The notes below the pieces were generated by a model that did no database searches, was not told the origin of the DNA, and was given only the letters and a program-made list of their open reading frames with translations. Shown here in pieces: positions 9,003 to 16,960 of a stretch of DNA of 43,282 nucleotides (the stretch's first letter is position 1; the number at the start of each line of letters is the position of its first letter). The stretch comes from a virus. The stretch covers positions 1 to 43,282 of the IMG/VR virus record IMGVR_UViG_3300003690_000021; one strand, given 5' to 3'. Both the position numbers and the translations under genes were made by a program.

Positions 9003-9355
9003 ATACCGAGGTCCTTGAGTGATTTGACGATCTCCAGAAAGTCCGCAAGCGGCAGCACCGCCAGCTCATCCGGCTTCCTCTGGCCCGCGCCACTCCGTTT
9101 CACGACCGCAACGGCGTAAAGCCCTTTGGGGTCAGCCACGGCCTGGGCTTCCTTGACGGCCCCGTAGATGTCCGGTCTCGCTCCGCACTTCGCTTGCCAT
9201 GAGATCGGGAGTGTTGGGCAGTCAATGTCGCCACTATTGCCGTCCCTGGCCTCTGATAGCACCCTGACAGCCTTCTGGCCGGTCGCGTCCTCGATCCGGT
9301 GGCAGACCTCCAGCTCGAAACGCCTGCCCTTCTCACGCGAGTGGCGGCCGCTCAT
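8996..9355 (-). CDS. PD-(D/E)XK nuclease, Hjc-like Holliday junction resolvase candidate
   Basis: Start taken at MSGRHSREKGRRFELEV (ATGA overlap with the upstream stop). The pattern KG..FE......G......SGDID....ISWQAKCG resembles the Hjc-type D...(E/Q)xK core. The 5' extension to 9637 is rejected. Confidence 0.5.
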   Translation of the reverse strand: MSGRHSREKGRRFELEVCHRIEDATGQKAVRVLSEARDGNSGDIDCPTLPISWQAKCGARPDIYGAVKEAQAVADPKGLYAVAVVKRSGAGQRKPDELAVLPLADFLEIVKSLKDLGIW

Positions 9356-9570
9356 GCAGAGTCCGACTTTACTCGTCTGAGCATCAAGTTCGCGTCGAGC
9401 TTCCCGCGGACGGCGTTGTCGTATGCCCAGAAACTGAAACCACCCTCCGCGTCCCAGAACGCTTGCACGAATGCCCGTATATCGTTTATCGATTCGGGTC
9501 GGCGAGCCATCTGGTACTCCGTCGGCATGGTATACGCATCCGTTGTATCTTCGGTCTCCCAGCCTCTCAT
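9352..9570 (-). CDS. Hypothetical protein
   Basis: 72-aa ORF with ATGA overlaps at both ends, indicating translational coupling. Confidence 0.5.
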   Translation of the reverse strand: MRGWETEDTTDAYTMPTEYQMARRPESINDIRAFVQAFWDAEGGFSFWAYDNAVRGKLDANLMLRRVKSDSA

Positions 9571-9905
9571 GTATCCACCACCGCATTGTGTCGCTCGCGA
9601 AGTTCCTCAATCTCAGCGAGAGTCCGCGGCCGTCCACACTGCTCGCGAAAATATGAGAATCGCGACATAATCAGGGCTGCCGACGCCATCCGGGCCCACT
9701 TCACTTCGTCCCCCTGAACCGCGCGGCTGATGATCGCCGCACCCGTTTCCTCCGGGAAGGTCCGGCCGTTTCTGGCCTTCGGGTCATGCCAGTGAGCGTA
9801 TCGGACAGCTTGCCGCGCTGCATCTTCAATGGTTCGATGCTCCTCCTTCGTCCAGGACCTCTCTGTGACCTGCCACTGCGCTCTAAGAATCGTCTGGTCG
9901 TCCAT
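9567..9905 (-). CDS. Hypothetical protein
   Basis: Start at MDDQTILRAQW, preceded by GAGGAGG 6 nt upstream. Confidence 0.5.
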   Translation of the reverse strand: MDDQTILRAQWQVTERSWTKEEHRTIEDAARQAVRYAHWHDPKARNGRTFPEETGAAIISRAVQGDEVKWARMASAALIMSRFSYFREQCGRPRTLAEIEELRERHNAVVDT

Positions 9906-10149
9906 GGGCAGCCTCCTCGTAGCTTCCCGGTTCAAAAATAGCCCCGTCACCTACCACGAGGCCACAGCCGAGGCGCAACGCTCGCACCACGGCAGAGTCG
10001 GCAGCTTCGACCTCGACAGCCGCTCTTTCCAACAAGTCCACATTTTGGGTCAGGGCGGCCACCGCAGTCTTGGCCCTGGTGTGTTGGAGAACGGCGACCG
10101 CAACAAGCGACAGCACAAGCATCCAGAATGCGACCGGATTACCTCTCAT
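9883..10149 (-). CDS. Small membrane-anchored protein
   Basis: Start at MRGNPVAFWMLVLSLVAVAVL, preceded by GGGAGGG. One N-terminal hydrophobic helix. Confidence 0.4.
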   Translation of the reverse strand: MRGNPVAFWMLVLSLVAVAVLQHTRAKTAVAALTQNVDLLERAAVEVEAADSAVVRALRLGCGLVVGDGAIFEPGSYEEAAHGRPDDS

Positions 10150-10178
10150 AAGCGCCCTCCCGCCGTTCCGCACGAGAC

Positions 10179-11102
10179 TCACTTGCCTAAGTCTGACCAG
10201 AGGTGTTCAATGTCCGGTTCAGCTTGGCGAATCCGCAATGTAGAATAGCAATACTCGATGGGAACTTCGCCCTCCACGCCGTGACGGTTTTTTGCGACAA
10301 GAATAAAGGAGCGTGCTAACATAGGGTCTACTCGCTGGTATCGTGAGTGATCGAGCAACAGGACGATGTCGGCGTTGCTTGGGATCGTTCCGCCTCCCAT
10401 CATACCATAGATGGTCGGTTTTTGGGTCGTGTCTCGCCCCGTCGCTGTATTGAACTGCGACAGCGCGATGATAACAACGTTCTCGGCATGCGCGAACAGT
10501 CGCAAACTGCTCGCCACTTCAGTGACCTGGTTGTAGATGCTGTCGTCGTCACCCGTTGACACCAACTGCATATAATCGAGGACAAACAGATCGACGCCGT
10601 GCTCATCACGCAGGTAGCGGCAGGCAGCCATAACGTCGGCAATCGAATTGAGCGGTTCCTGGTTCACATAGAACCCAGGAACGCGGTGCCCGATGCGGGC
10701 AGAAGTTTCCTGGAGATCGTAAATCTTCCCCAGCACCCGCTCGAACGCAGCGAGCGAAAAACGCCCGCGCTCAAGCTGCCGGATGGGCGTACCCGTCGCC
10801 ATGGCGTAGAACCGTGCAGCAAGCTGGACGTGAGACATTTCGAGGGATAGGAAGCCGACGCGGGCCCCACCATGAGCCATCGCGTGGAAGGCCATGTACT
10901 CGGCTAACAAACTTTTACCAGCGCTTGTCCCCCCACCGATCGAGACGAACCACCCTGGGGCGAGACCCTTGGCGCCGCCGTCATCGCCGCATATCGAGTT
11001 TAGGCTTTCAAAAGGTGTCGGAATCGCATTCGTGGGAAGCTGCTGCCGCGCAGCCCACGCAATGGCAAAGCTCCCGTCCATCACGTCGACGAAGCTAGTC
11101 AT
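10179..11102 (-). CDS. DnaB-like replicative helicase (RecA-like C-terminal domain only)
   Basis: Walker A GGGTSAGKS, FLSLEMS, Walker B LFVLDYMQL, and ALSQFN. The 307-aa length covers the DnaB C-terminal domain only. Confidence 0.8.
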   Translation of the reverse strand: MTSFVDVMDGSFAIAWAARQQLPTNAIPTPFESLNSICGDDGGAKGLAPGWFVSIGGGTSAGKSLLAEYMAFHAMAHGGARVGFLSLEMSHVQLAARFYAMATGTPIRQLERGRFSLAAFERVLGKIYDLQETSARIGHRVPGFYVNQEPLNSIADVMAACRYLRDEHGVDLFVLDYMQLVSTGDDDSIYNQVTEVASSLRLFAHAENVVIIALSQFNTATGRDTTQKPTIYGMMGGGTIPSNADIVLLLDHSRYQRVDPMLARSFILVAKNRHGVEGEVPIEYCYSTLRIRQAEPDIEHLWSDLGK

Positions 11103-11248
11103 GGATCGATGTCGAGGTGGCAGCTTTCAACATCAAGCTCTAACGCCGAGGTTGCGTCCCTGGCACTGATCAACGCAACGGCCGTGATCACACCAAAAAC
11201 CGTGCCTACGGTGAGCCCCAGGAGAAAGCCGATCTCCATGCTGCTCAT
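11099..11248 (-). CDS. Small (49 aa) membrane protein, below the ORF-track size cut-off
   Basis: Hand translation gives MSSMEIGFLLGLTVGTVFGVITAVALISARDATSALELDVESCHLDIDP. ATGA overlaps on both sides, with the upstream stop and with the helicase start. Confidence 0.45.
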   Translation of the reverse strand: MSSMEIGFLLGLTVGTVFGVITAVALISARDATSALELDVESCHLDIDP

Positions 11249-11643
11249 CGGCTGGTCGCGCTGCGCGCCCACGCCTGTTCGGGGTGCTCAGGGATGGTCT
11301 CAGCAAGTTCGGCTGCTATCGCCTTCAAGTCCACGCCTGTTACACGCTCGACCTCAGCGGCGGATCCGAGGTAGTGGAAAACGTCGTGGCAAGGCGCACA
11401 CAGTGTCACGACGTGTCGCCACCCAGCTTTGTAGCCGATCCCGCCGCTGATCACGTGCGCGTTGTGGTTCGGTCTGCCCTCAACCGCTTGGATTTGGCAG
11501 ACATCGCACGGGCGTTCGCGTATGAGCGTCGCGCGTTGCGGGGATCCGTAAATCCTCATAAACTCGCTGGATGGACGGCGTTTGCTTTTCAAAGCCTTCC
11601 GTGCTAGTGGCGTCACACCCGGTCTTAATCCGGAGCGCTTCAC
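11245..11643 (-). CDS. HNH/NinG-like zinc-binding nuclease candidate
   Basis: CDVCQ...NHNAHV...LCAPCHDVFH gives a CxxC...H-N-H...CxxCH arrangement. Basic N-terminus. Confidence 0.45.
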   Translation of the reverse strand: MKRSGLRPGVTPLARKALKSKRRPSSEFMRIYGSPQRATLIRERPCDVCQIQAVEGRPNHNAHVISGGIGYKAGWRHVVTLCAPCHDVFHYLGSAAEVERVTGVDLKAIAAELAETIPEHPEQAWARSATSR

Positions 11644-11870
11644 GGGGTCACGGACTCACCAGACACCGAAGTTCGTGTCTTCCGCCGCCGAAGCGCGGAT
11701 CCGGCTTCCATCATGGCGATGCCGAGAGCTTCGAGCCGATTGGGATTGACTGCGAAAATTGCGAAGCTGTTCAGGCACTCGTCCTGTAGCTCCACCCAGA
11801 CCCCACTGTCGCCTTCCGCGACCGTGAACTCGGACTCATCTGTTAGATGCACGTGCAAAGTCGACCTCAT
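11640..11870 (-). CDS. Hypothetical protein
   Basis: Start at MRSTLHVHL via an ATGA overlap with the upstream stop. 76 aa. Confidence 0.45.
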   Translation of the reverse strand: MRSTLHVHLTDESEFTVAEGDSGVWVELQDECLNSFAIFAVNPNRLEALGIAMMEAGSALRRRKTRTSVSGESVTP

Positions 11871-12313
11871 GCGGGTTCCTCCAGGCGAGACAGCGCGTTG
11901 ACGTGAGCGATGCTGCTGCGGTCCCACTCCAGTTCGCTTCTGATAGCCCAGTACTCCGACTCGGCCTTCTCCCTTTGCTCTATGGCAGCGGAAGTACCCT
12001 TCACGTGCGTGTGAAACCCCTCAGAGGCACGAGCTAGACGATCGAGTCGAGCCTCAGACAGGTTCTCATCTGAGTGCACCCGCGCGATGTCACCTGCGAT
12101 TTTTGAGAGCATGATCTTCATCTCATGCTCCAGCTGGTACGCCACTCCGATCGCGCGTGCTTTGCGCTCTCCCGCACGCCGCAGCTCCTCCAGCCGCTCC
12201 CACGGGTCGCTGCCGAGGCTCGCGGCCATCAGCTCACGTGCACTACGGTCGCGTGGTGGAAGCGCATTCCGTGACTGTGCGCCATGCCCGCGAAGCTCGT
12301 CAGTGCGGGTCAT
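11867..12313 (-). CDS. Coiled-coil protein of the recombination module (function unknown)
   Basis: 148 aa, helical and charged. The N-terminus MTRTDELRGHGAQSR resembles that of the adjacent SSB-like protein (MSNRTDELRDGGARDR). Confidence 0.5.
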   Translation of the reverse strand: MTRTDELRGHGAQSRNALPPRDRSARELMAASLGSDPWERLEELRRAGERKARAIGVAYQLEHEMKIMLSKIAGDIARVHSDENLSEARLDRLARASEGFHTHVKGTSAAIEQREKAESEYWAIRSELEWDRSSIAHVNALSRLEEPA

Positions 12314-12315
12314 GA

Positions 12316-12783
12316 TTAAAATGGTAATCCATCAGAGCTGGCGCTACTCTTGTCCTCTGCCAGCTCAGGCTCGTTCCGGTCTCCGGCATCCGGCATTTCC
12401 AGCACCGCGAAAAGCCGATATCGGTCGCCTGTTTTCGACTCCTGCCAGCCCTCGAACGCGACGTGGACATGCTTGCCCTCGTCGCCAGGGACGATCGCGC
12501 CGTCGAGCGCCGCGTAATTCAGCCCGATATTAACCTCGGTATCTGGCGTGACCAAGCACGTGACCTTCTCGCCGTTCTCGCCTTTGCCAACCGTGAAAAG
12601 TTCATTTGACACCGCGGTCACCCGCGTAGTGGCGGAGAGGCCAAACTTTCCCTCCCAGATTTTCGTGATCTGACCTTCCACCCAGCTGTAGTGCTCCCCC
12701 CATTTAACAAAGGGAGTACCGGTGCCGCTTGCGGTACGATCGCGCGCTCCGCCGTCTCTCAGCTCATCAGTCCTGTTGCTCAT
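12316..12783 (-). CDS. SSB-like protein with acidic C-terminal tail ending DGLPF
   Basis: Start at MSNRTDEL. The core looks beta-rich. The C-terminus reads EPELAEDKSSASSDGLPF, recalling the DDDIPF-type tails of bacterial SSB and the terminal Phe of T7 gp2.5. It lies next to the exonuclease. Confidence 0.5.
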   Translation of the reverse strand: MSNRTDELRDGGARDRTASGTGTPFVKWGEHYSWVEGQITKIWEGKFGLSATTRVTAVSNELFTVGKGENGEKVTCLVTPDTEVNIGLNYAALDGAIVPGDEGKHVHVAFEGWQESKTGDRYRLFAVLEMPDAGDRNEPELAEDKSSASSDGLPF

Positions 12784-13633
12784 CTTTACCTCCATCGATG
12801 GGTGTGTCGTAAATCGTCTCTCGTGGTGTCTTGCCTGCGAAACTGTCAACGTCTAGCTGAAACATCTTCACGTGCGCCGCGGCTCTGAACGTCGTCCATA
12901 ACCGGTCGCTGTATCGAATCGGGTGGAGCGTCACGCCATCGGATCGCACGTGTACAATTCCCAACCGCTCCGCGCGATGAGGTCCCCACCGGATCTTCTT
13001 GCCAATCCACTTATCAGTTTCCAGACCGATTCGCCGCTTGCGAACGACGGCGAATTCGGCGTGCAGATAGGCGGCCAATTGAACTGCAAATTCTGGGTAT
13101 ACGCTCGCTCCGCTTTTCCAATCGAGCAGCCACGTCTGGCCTTGCTTATCTAGATCCCATAGATCGAGAGTGCCTGCGAAGGCGTGCTTCGGAGAGAAAA
13201 CGGTAAGCTCGGAGGCGAGCACCTTGCTGGAGCGAGCCTTGAGAAATCGTTTCACGTGCGCGGCACACAGAGCATTTTCTTCAGAGAGATCTTTTTGCAG
13301 CGGTCGGTTACGAACCGTCGCTTCTATAGCCTCATGGATCGAGGTCCCTCGGGTAGCCGCCAAATCGCGGGTCGACCACGGCGCGTTCTTGATCAACTTA
13401 ATCGCATCGGTCGCCGGCAGACCTTGCCAGCTCGCACGGTGGCCGACGGCGAACTCGGCCGTGGTTTTCGCAGCCCACATGCCCAGCCAGGGCTTCGGGA
13501 TCCCGCCGCAGAGCGTCGTGACCCGCCGCAGGCGCTGCCCATCGATCTCGTATCCGTAGCGGCTGCGGCTGACCTCGACCTCGGGAGCCGCATCCGCTTC
13601 CTCTTTCATAGCCTCCAGGATTGCGCGGGTCAC
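12767..13633 (-). CDS. PD-(D/E)XK exonuclease (RecB/Cas4/lambda-Exo-like fold)
   Basis: TSIHEAIE, GTLDLWDL...WLLDWKSG (D...D/ExK) and QLAAYLHA (QxxxY). GTG start. Confidence 0.65.
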   Translation of the reverse strand: MTRAILEAMKEEADAAPEVEVSRSRYGYEIDGQRLRRVTTLCGGIPKPWLGMWAAKTTAEFAVGHRASWQGLPATDAIKLIKNAPWSTRDLAATRGTSIHEAIEATVRNRPLQKDLSEENALCAAHVKRFLKARSSKVLASELTVFSPKHAFAGTLDLWDLDKQGQTWLLDWKSGASVYPEFAVQLAAYLHAEFAVVRKRRIGLETDKWIGKKIRWGPHRAERLGIVHVRSDGVTLHPIRYSDRLWTTFRAAAHVKMFQLDVDSFAGKTPRETIYDTPIDGGKDEQQD

Positions 13634-13693
13634 TTTTCTACCTTACCTTTCAGAGTTGGCCTTCTGTGGGGAAGGCAGGTGGTGTGGACGGAG

Positions 13694-13720
13694 CGCCCTT
13701 CGGCCGTTGGCCGGAGGGCG
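13694..13720 (-). terminator. GC-rich hairpin (12-bp stem, 3-nt loop) between two leftward genes
   Basis: cgcccttcggcc-gtt-ggccggagggcg, with one G-U pair. No U-tract follows. Confidence 0.4.
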
Positions 13721-13799
13721 TGACCGTTTCCCCCTGGTTCCCCGCTTCTAATGGCATCCAGCATCTGTGCCAGCGATCCAGTGGTGAAGCGAGGATCCT

Positions 13800-14027
13800 T
13801 CACAGATCTTGCGCGCCATCACGCGCGCCGTACTCCTCACGGTCCAGCGCCTCGCATGTAGATACGAGGATGTCGTGCAGCTGCCGCCGTGACAGATGTT
13901 CGCGCTCGTGCCCCGCACCACACAGAAACGCCAGCAGATACGGGTACGCGATGCCGCGGTCATCACGCTGCATGACTACCTCGGCCGTGGCGCCGGCACC
14001 GCACGAGCAAGTAGTCGAACCTTCCAT
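13800..14027 (-). CDS. Small Cys-containing hypothetical protein
   Basis: 75 aa. ATG 14027 is preceded by GGAGGAAGG within the duplicated 62-bp leader. Confidence 0.5.
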   Translation of the reverse strand: MEGSTTCSCGAGATAEVVMQRDDRGIAYPYLLAFLCGAGHEREHLSRRQLHDILVSTCEALDREEYGARDGAQDL

Positions 14028-14028
14028 T

Positions 14029-14090
14029 GCCTTCCTCCGTGGGATAAGCGTGACGGTGTGAAGGTGACCGCTACGATGAGCTGTGTCAAG
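14029..14090 (-). promoter_or_regulatory. Duplicated 62-bp leader/promoter-like element, copy A
   Basis: Exact copy of 15529-15590. The minus strand reads CTTGACA-cagctcatCGTAGCGGT-caccttcacaccgtcacgcttatcccacGGAGGAAGGC. It has a -35 hexamer and an SD but no clear -10. Confidence 0.45.
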
Positions 14091-14107
14091 CGCGGCACCC
14101 TGTCTGG

Positions 14108-15526
14108 TTAGAGGACGTGATCAGACGCCGCCAGCGTGCGTAGCCGCGCACCGATGCGGCAACACTCGTCATAGAAGGCGCTGGTCAAGTGGTCTCTGAC
14201 CTTGAGATGGGCGCACTCGTGAATGATGAGTCTATCTACTTCAAACTGATCCCGATATTTTAGCCGGCTAACATTGATGCCTATGAACGACCCACCACAA
14301 ATACCTGCCCATGGAAGCCTCAAACTATTCCACAGATCCACGGTGACATGCTTTTGTGTCGTATGTAGCGCGAACTTCTTGATGTATTCTACCAAGCGTC
14401 TCATCTCTGGAGTCCACTGATCTTCATCCAAGGGTGGGATCCCGTCTGGGTCTGTCTTTGCCTTGCCGTCATCGAACATGCTAGATGAGGGCACTAGGGC
14501 GTTGGCAGATCTTATAGTCTCCCATGCAGCCTTGGAGAATTGCCTGCCGTGGATTACCGCATACCCGGCGTCGATAGCTCGCTTATTACTTTCGGGGGCT
14601 TGGGGGTTGAAAGTCACCGCATCCCCTACGCGAGCTTTGATTATTGATCTGATGGCGTCCTCGTCCTCCATCGACTCCAGCGCCGTGCCCAGCCATCCAC
14701 CCTGTGCTTGCTCTTCGCTGATGTCGTCAGCCATGATCTCGGCAATGTGTCGCTCAACGTCGAATCGGAACGCCTGCTTCACTGAGCTTCTGTCGGTGGA
14801 CAGCGGCACCTTCTGCGCCACGTCCACGTGCCAGGGGCATTCCAGTTTATCGATGGGGATGCCCATCTCATAAAGATGAGGCGTCTCGCCTTCCAGCACC
14901 TTGTAGATAGTGATGGCGGTTTTGCGCCTCGTGAGCTTGAAGCCGCCTTCCTCGCCCTTGATCTCTGTCTGGAGCGTCCGCACGTCTTCGGCTATAGCCT
15001 TACGCTGCTTCAAGACTTCGCCGTTGATGGTCGTCGTGATTCCCTTCGGGGGTATCATCGACCGCAATAGCACGAGAGCCTCATCCAGCTCCACTCGCTT
15101 CATCCGCAGCGTAGCGTTAAGGACGGAACCAGTCTCCGTTTGCTTGCGCCCCAGCTTGCGACCGTGCGGCCCGAAGCTGATCGAGCCCGTTGTGCTGCTA
15201 ATGCTGGCCTCGGAAGCAACTGAAAGCAGGAACTTCTCACCGATGTTGAAGCGGCCCCGCTGCTCCGGGTTTCCGATTTTGTACGACTGCTTGTAAAGGG
15301 TGAATGCATCCGCCAGATCGCGGAAGCCATCGGGCGAGTCGTCCTCTACCCGCAGCTGAACTTGCGGCTTGCCGGCGATGGGGGCGAGATCGATTTTGAC
15401 AAAGCTGACGCCCTGCTCGTCCCAAGCATTCTGAACTGGCTCAAGCAGAAGCGGTGCTGTACCCCGTCGTGTCGCTACCGCAGCCAAGCCGGTTTTGTCG
15501 ACGGTGAACCACTGCGTGGATTCCAT
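14108..15526 (-). CDS. GHKL (Bergerat-fold) ATPase fused to a SprT-like HExxH metalloprotease segment
   Basis: Start at MESTQWF (SD in the duplicated leader); the extension to 15589 would run through the promoter-like repeat. N-box LLEPVQNAWDE, VEDDSPDGF and RGRFNIGEKF. C-terminal LIIHECAHL at 14207-14221. Confidence 0.6.
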   Translation of the reverse strand: MESTQWFTVDKTGLAAVATRRGTAPLLLEPVQNAWDEQGVSFVKIDLAPIAGKPQVQLRVEDDSPDGFRDLADAFTLYKQSYKIGNPEQRGRFNIGEKFLLSVASEASISSTTGSISFGPHGRKLGRKQTETGSVLNATLRMKRVELDEALVLLRSMIPPKGITTTINGEVLKQRKAIAEDVRTLQTEIKGEEGGFKLTRRKTAITIYKVLEGETPHLYEMGIPIDKLECPWHVDVAQKVPLSTDRSSVKQAFRFDVERHIAEIMADDISEEQAQGGWLGTALESMEDEDAIRSIIKARVGDAVTFNPQAPESNKRAIDAGYAVIHGRQFSKAAWETIRSANALVPSSSMFDDGKAKTDPDGIPPLDEDQWTPEMRRLVEYIKKFALHTTQKHVTVDLWNSLRLPWAGICGGSFIGINVSRLKYRDQFEVDRLIIHECAHLKVRDHLTSAFYDECCRIGARLRTLAASDHVL

Positions 15527-15528
15527 TT

Positions 15529-15590
15529 GCCTTCCTCCGTGGGATAAGCGTGACGGTGTGAAGGTGACCGCTACGATGAGCTGTGTCAAG
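15529..15590 (-). promoter_or_regulatory. Duplicated 62-bp leader/promoter-like element, copy B
   Basis: Identical to 14029-14090, immediately upstream of ATG 15526. Confidence 0.45.
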
Positions 15591-15610
15591 TCCTCTACTT
15601 TTCAGCATTG

Positions 15611-15823
15611 TCATTTGTCTTCCTCTTCCTCTCGCATCCTCATGGCCTCATCCCGAGCGTCGGAGTAACCGCTCTCAAAAAAAAACTCGGCGCTGCTCAT
15701 GCCGGCATGCTCCTCCTGGAAGCGGGCCTCCTGGGCGCGACCCTGCGCCAGCACGCGCTTGATCGGGTCGGTCGCGCTAGTGATCCTGGTTTCCGCCTCG
15801 ATCTCTTTCGTAATCAGTTTCAT
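15611..15823 (-). CDS. Hypothetical acidic protein
   Basis: 70 aa. GAGGAGGG lies upstream, and there is an ATGA overlap with the previous gene. Confidence 0.5.
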   Translation of the reverse strand: MKLITKEIEAETRITSATDPIKRVLAQGRAQEARFQEEHAGMSSAEFFFESGYSDARDEAMRMREEEEDK

Positions 15824-16128
15824 GGGGCCCTACCCTCCTCAAGATCCTTGAGGTGTCGTGCTGCTTCATCGCGCTGTGAGCTGTGCCACATTTTGAGGAC
15901 CGTCCAGCTCTCGACTGGCCCCGTCCCAACCACCAGCAGAATTTGATCCATCATCGTGGTGACCAGCAGAAAACAGACCGGGCAGATCATGCCATCTCCT
16001 CTTCGTGAGTCCAGAATCCGATAGGTCCTGCTGCGCCTCTTCTGGATGCGGAGCGAGCGTTTCATCGAGAAACTGAGGTCCGCGATGGCCTCGGAGATGG
16101 CCTGATTGTGCGGCTTGCGTGAAACCAT
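15820..16128 (-). CDS. Hypothetical protein with one hydrophobic segment
   Basis: 102 aa. GGAGGAGGGG lies upstream of ATG 16128. Hydrophobic segment ICPVCFLLVTTMMDQILLVV. Confidence 0.5.
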   Translation of the reverse strand: MVSRKPHNQAISEAIADLSFSMKRSLRIQKRRSRTYRILDSRRGDGMICPVCFLLVTTMMDQILLVVGTGPVESWTVLKMWHSSQRDEAARHLKDLEEGRAP

Positions 16129-16133
16129 TTATT

Positions 16134-16592
16134 TTACCCCTCCTCCAGGTGGGCCCACGCTTTGCAGGCGATGTCATAGGGGCCAGCGAACGAGTTCTCA
16201 ATCGGGAGCTTAACCTCACCAACTTCGACACCCTTGTTGTAGACATGGCAGATAACTGAGTCCTCGCTGTCTTCCACGAGAACAACGACTGGGCCTAGTG
16301 TATCGTAGTCTTCATTTATCCAGACTCCAGACTCTCCAGCATCGTTCAGATGAATCCAGACGGTGCCGTCTTGCTCGTTCAGCGTATCCCATATTGCGCT
16401 GTTGTAGTGGTCATAGACGCAAGGATTAACTGATGCGAAGTCAACCGCCGGTCTTGAAGGAAGTTCCCTTTTGCGCTTTGGCAGGTATATCTTGTCGAGC
16501 TTCTCGGCTCTCGTGACCACCTCGTCACTCAGCGTCTCCTCGACAACGTGGAACCAGTCCTCAATAACGTATGCTCGTCGCTTGCTCATCAT
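16134..16592 (-). CDS. Hypothetical acidic early protein that carries one copy of the 54-bp inverted repeat
   Basis: Start at MMSKRRAYV (AGGAG upstream). The longer ORF to 16652 would include the promoter. Confidence 0.55.
   Translation of the reverse strand: MMSKRRAYVIEDWFHVVEETLSDEVVTRAEKLDKIYLPKRKRELPSRPAVDFASVNPCVYDHYNSAIWDTLNEQDGTVWIHLNDAGESGVWINEDYDTLGPVVVLVEDSEDSVICHVYNKGVEVGEVKLPIENSFAGPYDIACKAWAHLEEG
16491..16544. repeat. 54-bp inverted repeat, copy 1 (53/54 identical to the reverse complement of 37235-37288)
   Basis: Reverse complement: gtcgaggagacgctgagtgacgagGtggtcacgagagccgagaagctcgacaag. It is in frame and encodes VEETLSDEVVTRAEKLDK. Confidence 0.9.
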
Positions 16593-16623
16593 GTCTCCTA
16601 CTGTGGGGTGAGTGTCCGATAAC

Positions 16624-16652
16624 AAGCTAACCGTTAAGGTTAGTCGTGTCAA
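16624..16652 (-). promoter_or_regulatory. Sigma70-type promoter with spacer palindrome TAACC-N5-GGTTA
   Basis: The minus strand reads TTGACA-17 nt-TAGCTT, with the palindrome at 16628-16642. The 5' UTR cactcaccccacag(t)aggag is shared with the ArdC promoter. Confidence 0.6.
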
Positions 16653-16690
16653 GGGTTGTGATTTTCACTTGCGAGAAAATCGTTTGCCTT

Positions 16691-16960
16691 TCACCGTCTC
16701 CTGCTGTTGGGTGGCGCCGCGATGCTTAATCGGTGGCGGATAGCAAGCGCCCAGCATCGGGCACACCTCGAGGTGGACGCATCGGGCCATGCTGCAGAGT
16801 CGTCTATCAGCTGCAGCCGCCGGTCGCACAGGGCTTCCCCCGCCTGCCGCTTGATGCGCCCGAGCGTGAGGTATCCCGCAGCCTCCAGGTGCTGCAGGAT
16901 CCGAGATCGCTCGAACTGGACGTATCGAGCGGCGAGACAACTCTGGGGCCGGACTTGCAT
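16691..16960 (-). CDS. Possible small winged-helix-like DNA-binding protein (weak)
   Basis: It is the only ORF in the 16.66-17.0 kb gap with a plausible sequence (ARYVQFERSRILQHLEAAGYLTLGRIKR). The start is uncertain (16960 or 17053) and the C-terminus is Arg-rich. Confidence 0.3.
   Translation of the reverse strand: MQVRPQSCLAARYVQFERSRILQHLEAAGYLTLGRIKRQAGEALCDRRLQLIDDSAAWPDASTSRCARCWALAIRHRLSIAAPPNSRRR

Noticed and set aside
8996-9637. Full-length track ORFs with long 5' extensions: 8996-9637, 14108-15589, 16134-16652, 17007-17393 and 19684-20070.
   Set aside because: The extensions overlap upstream genes or run through promoter and leader elements. Internal ATGs have strong SD sequences or ATGA coupling, at 9355, 15526, 16592, 17231 and 20043, and the extension peptides are Arg/Gly/Pro-rich.
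14029-14090. The duplicated 62-bp element acting as a standard sigma70 promoter.
   Set aside because: It has a perfect TTGACA, but the hexamer 17 nt downstream (CACCTT) is a poor -10. It is therefore reported only as a promoter-like or activator-dependent leader, with reduced confidence.
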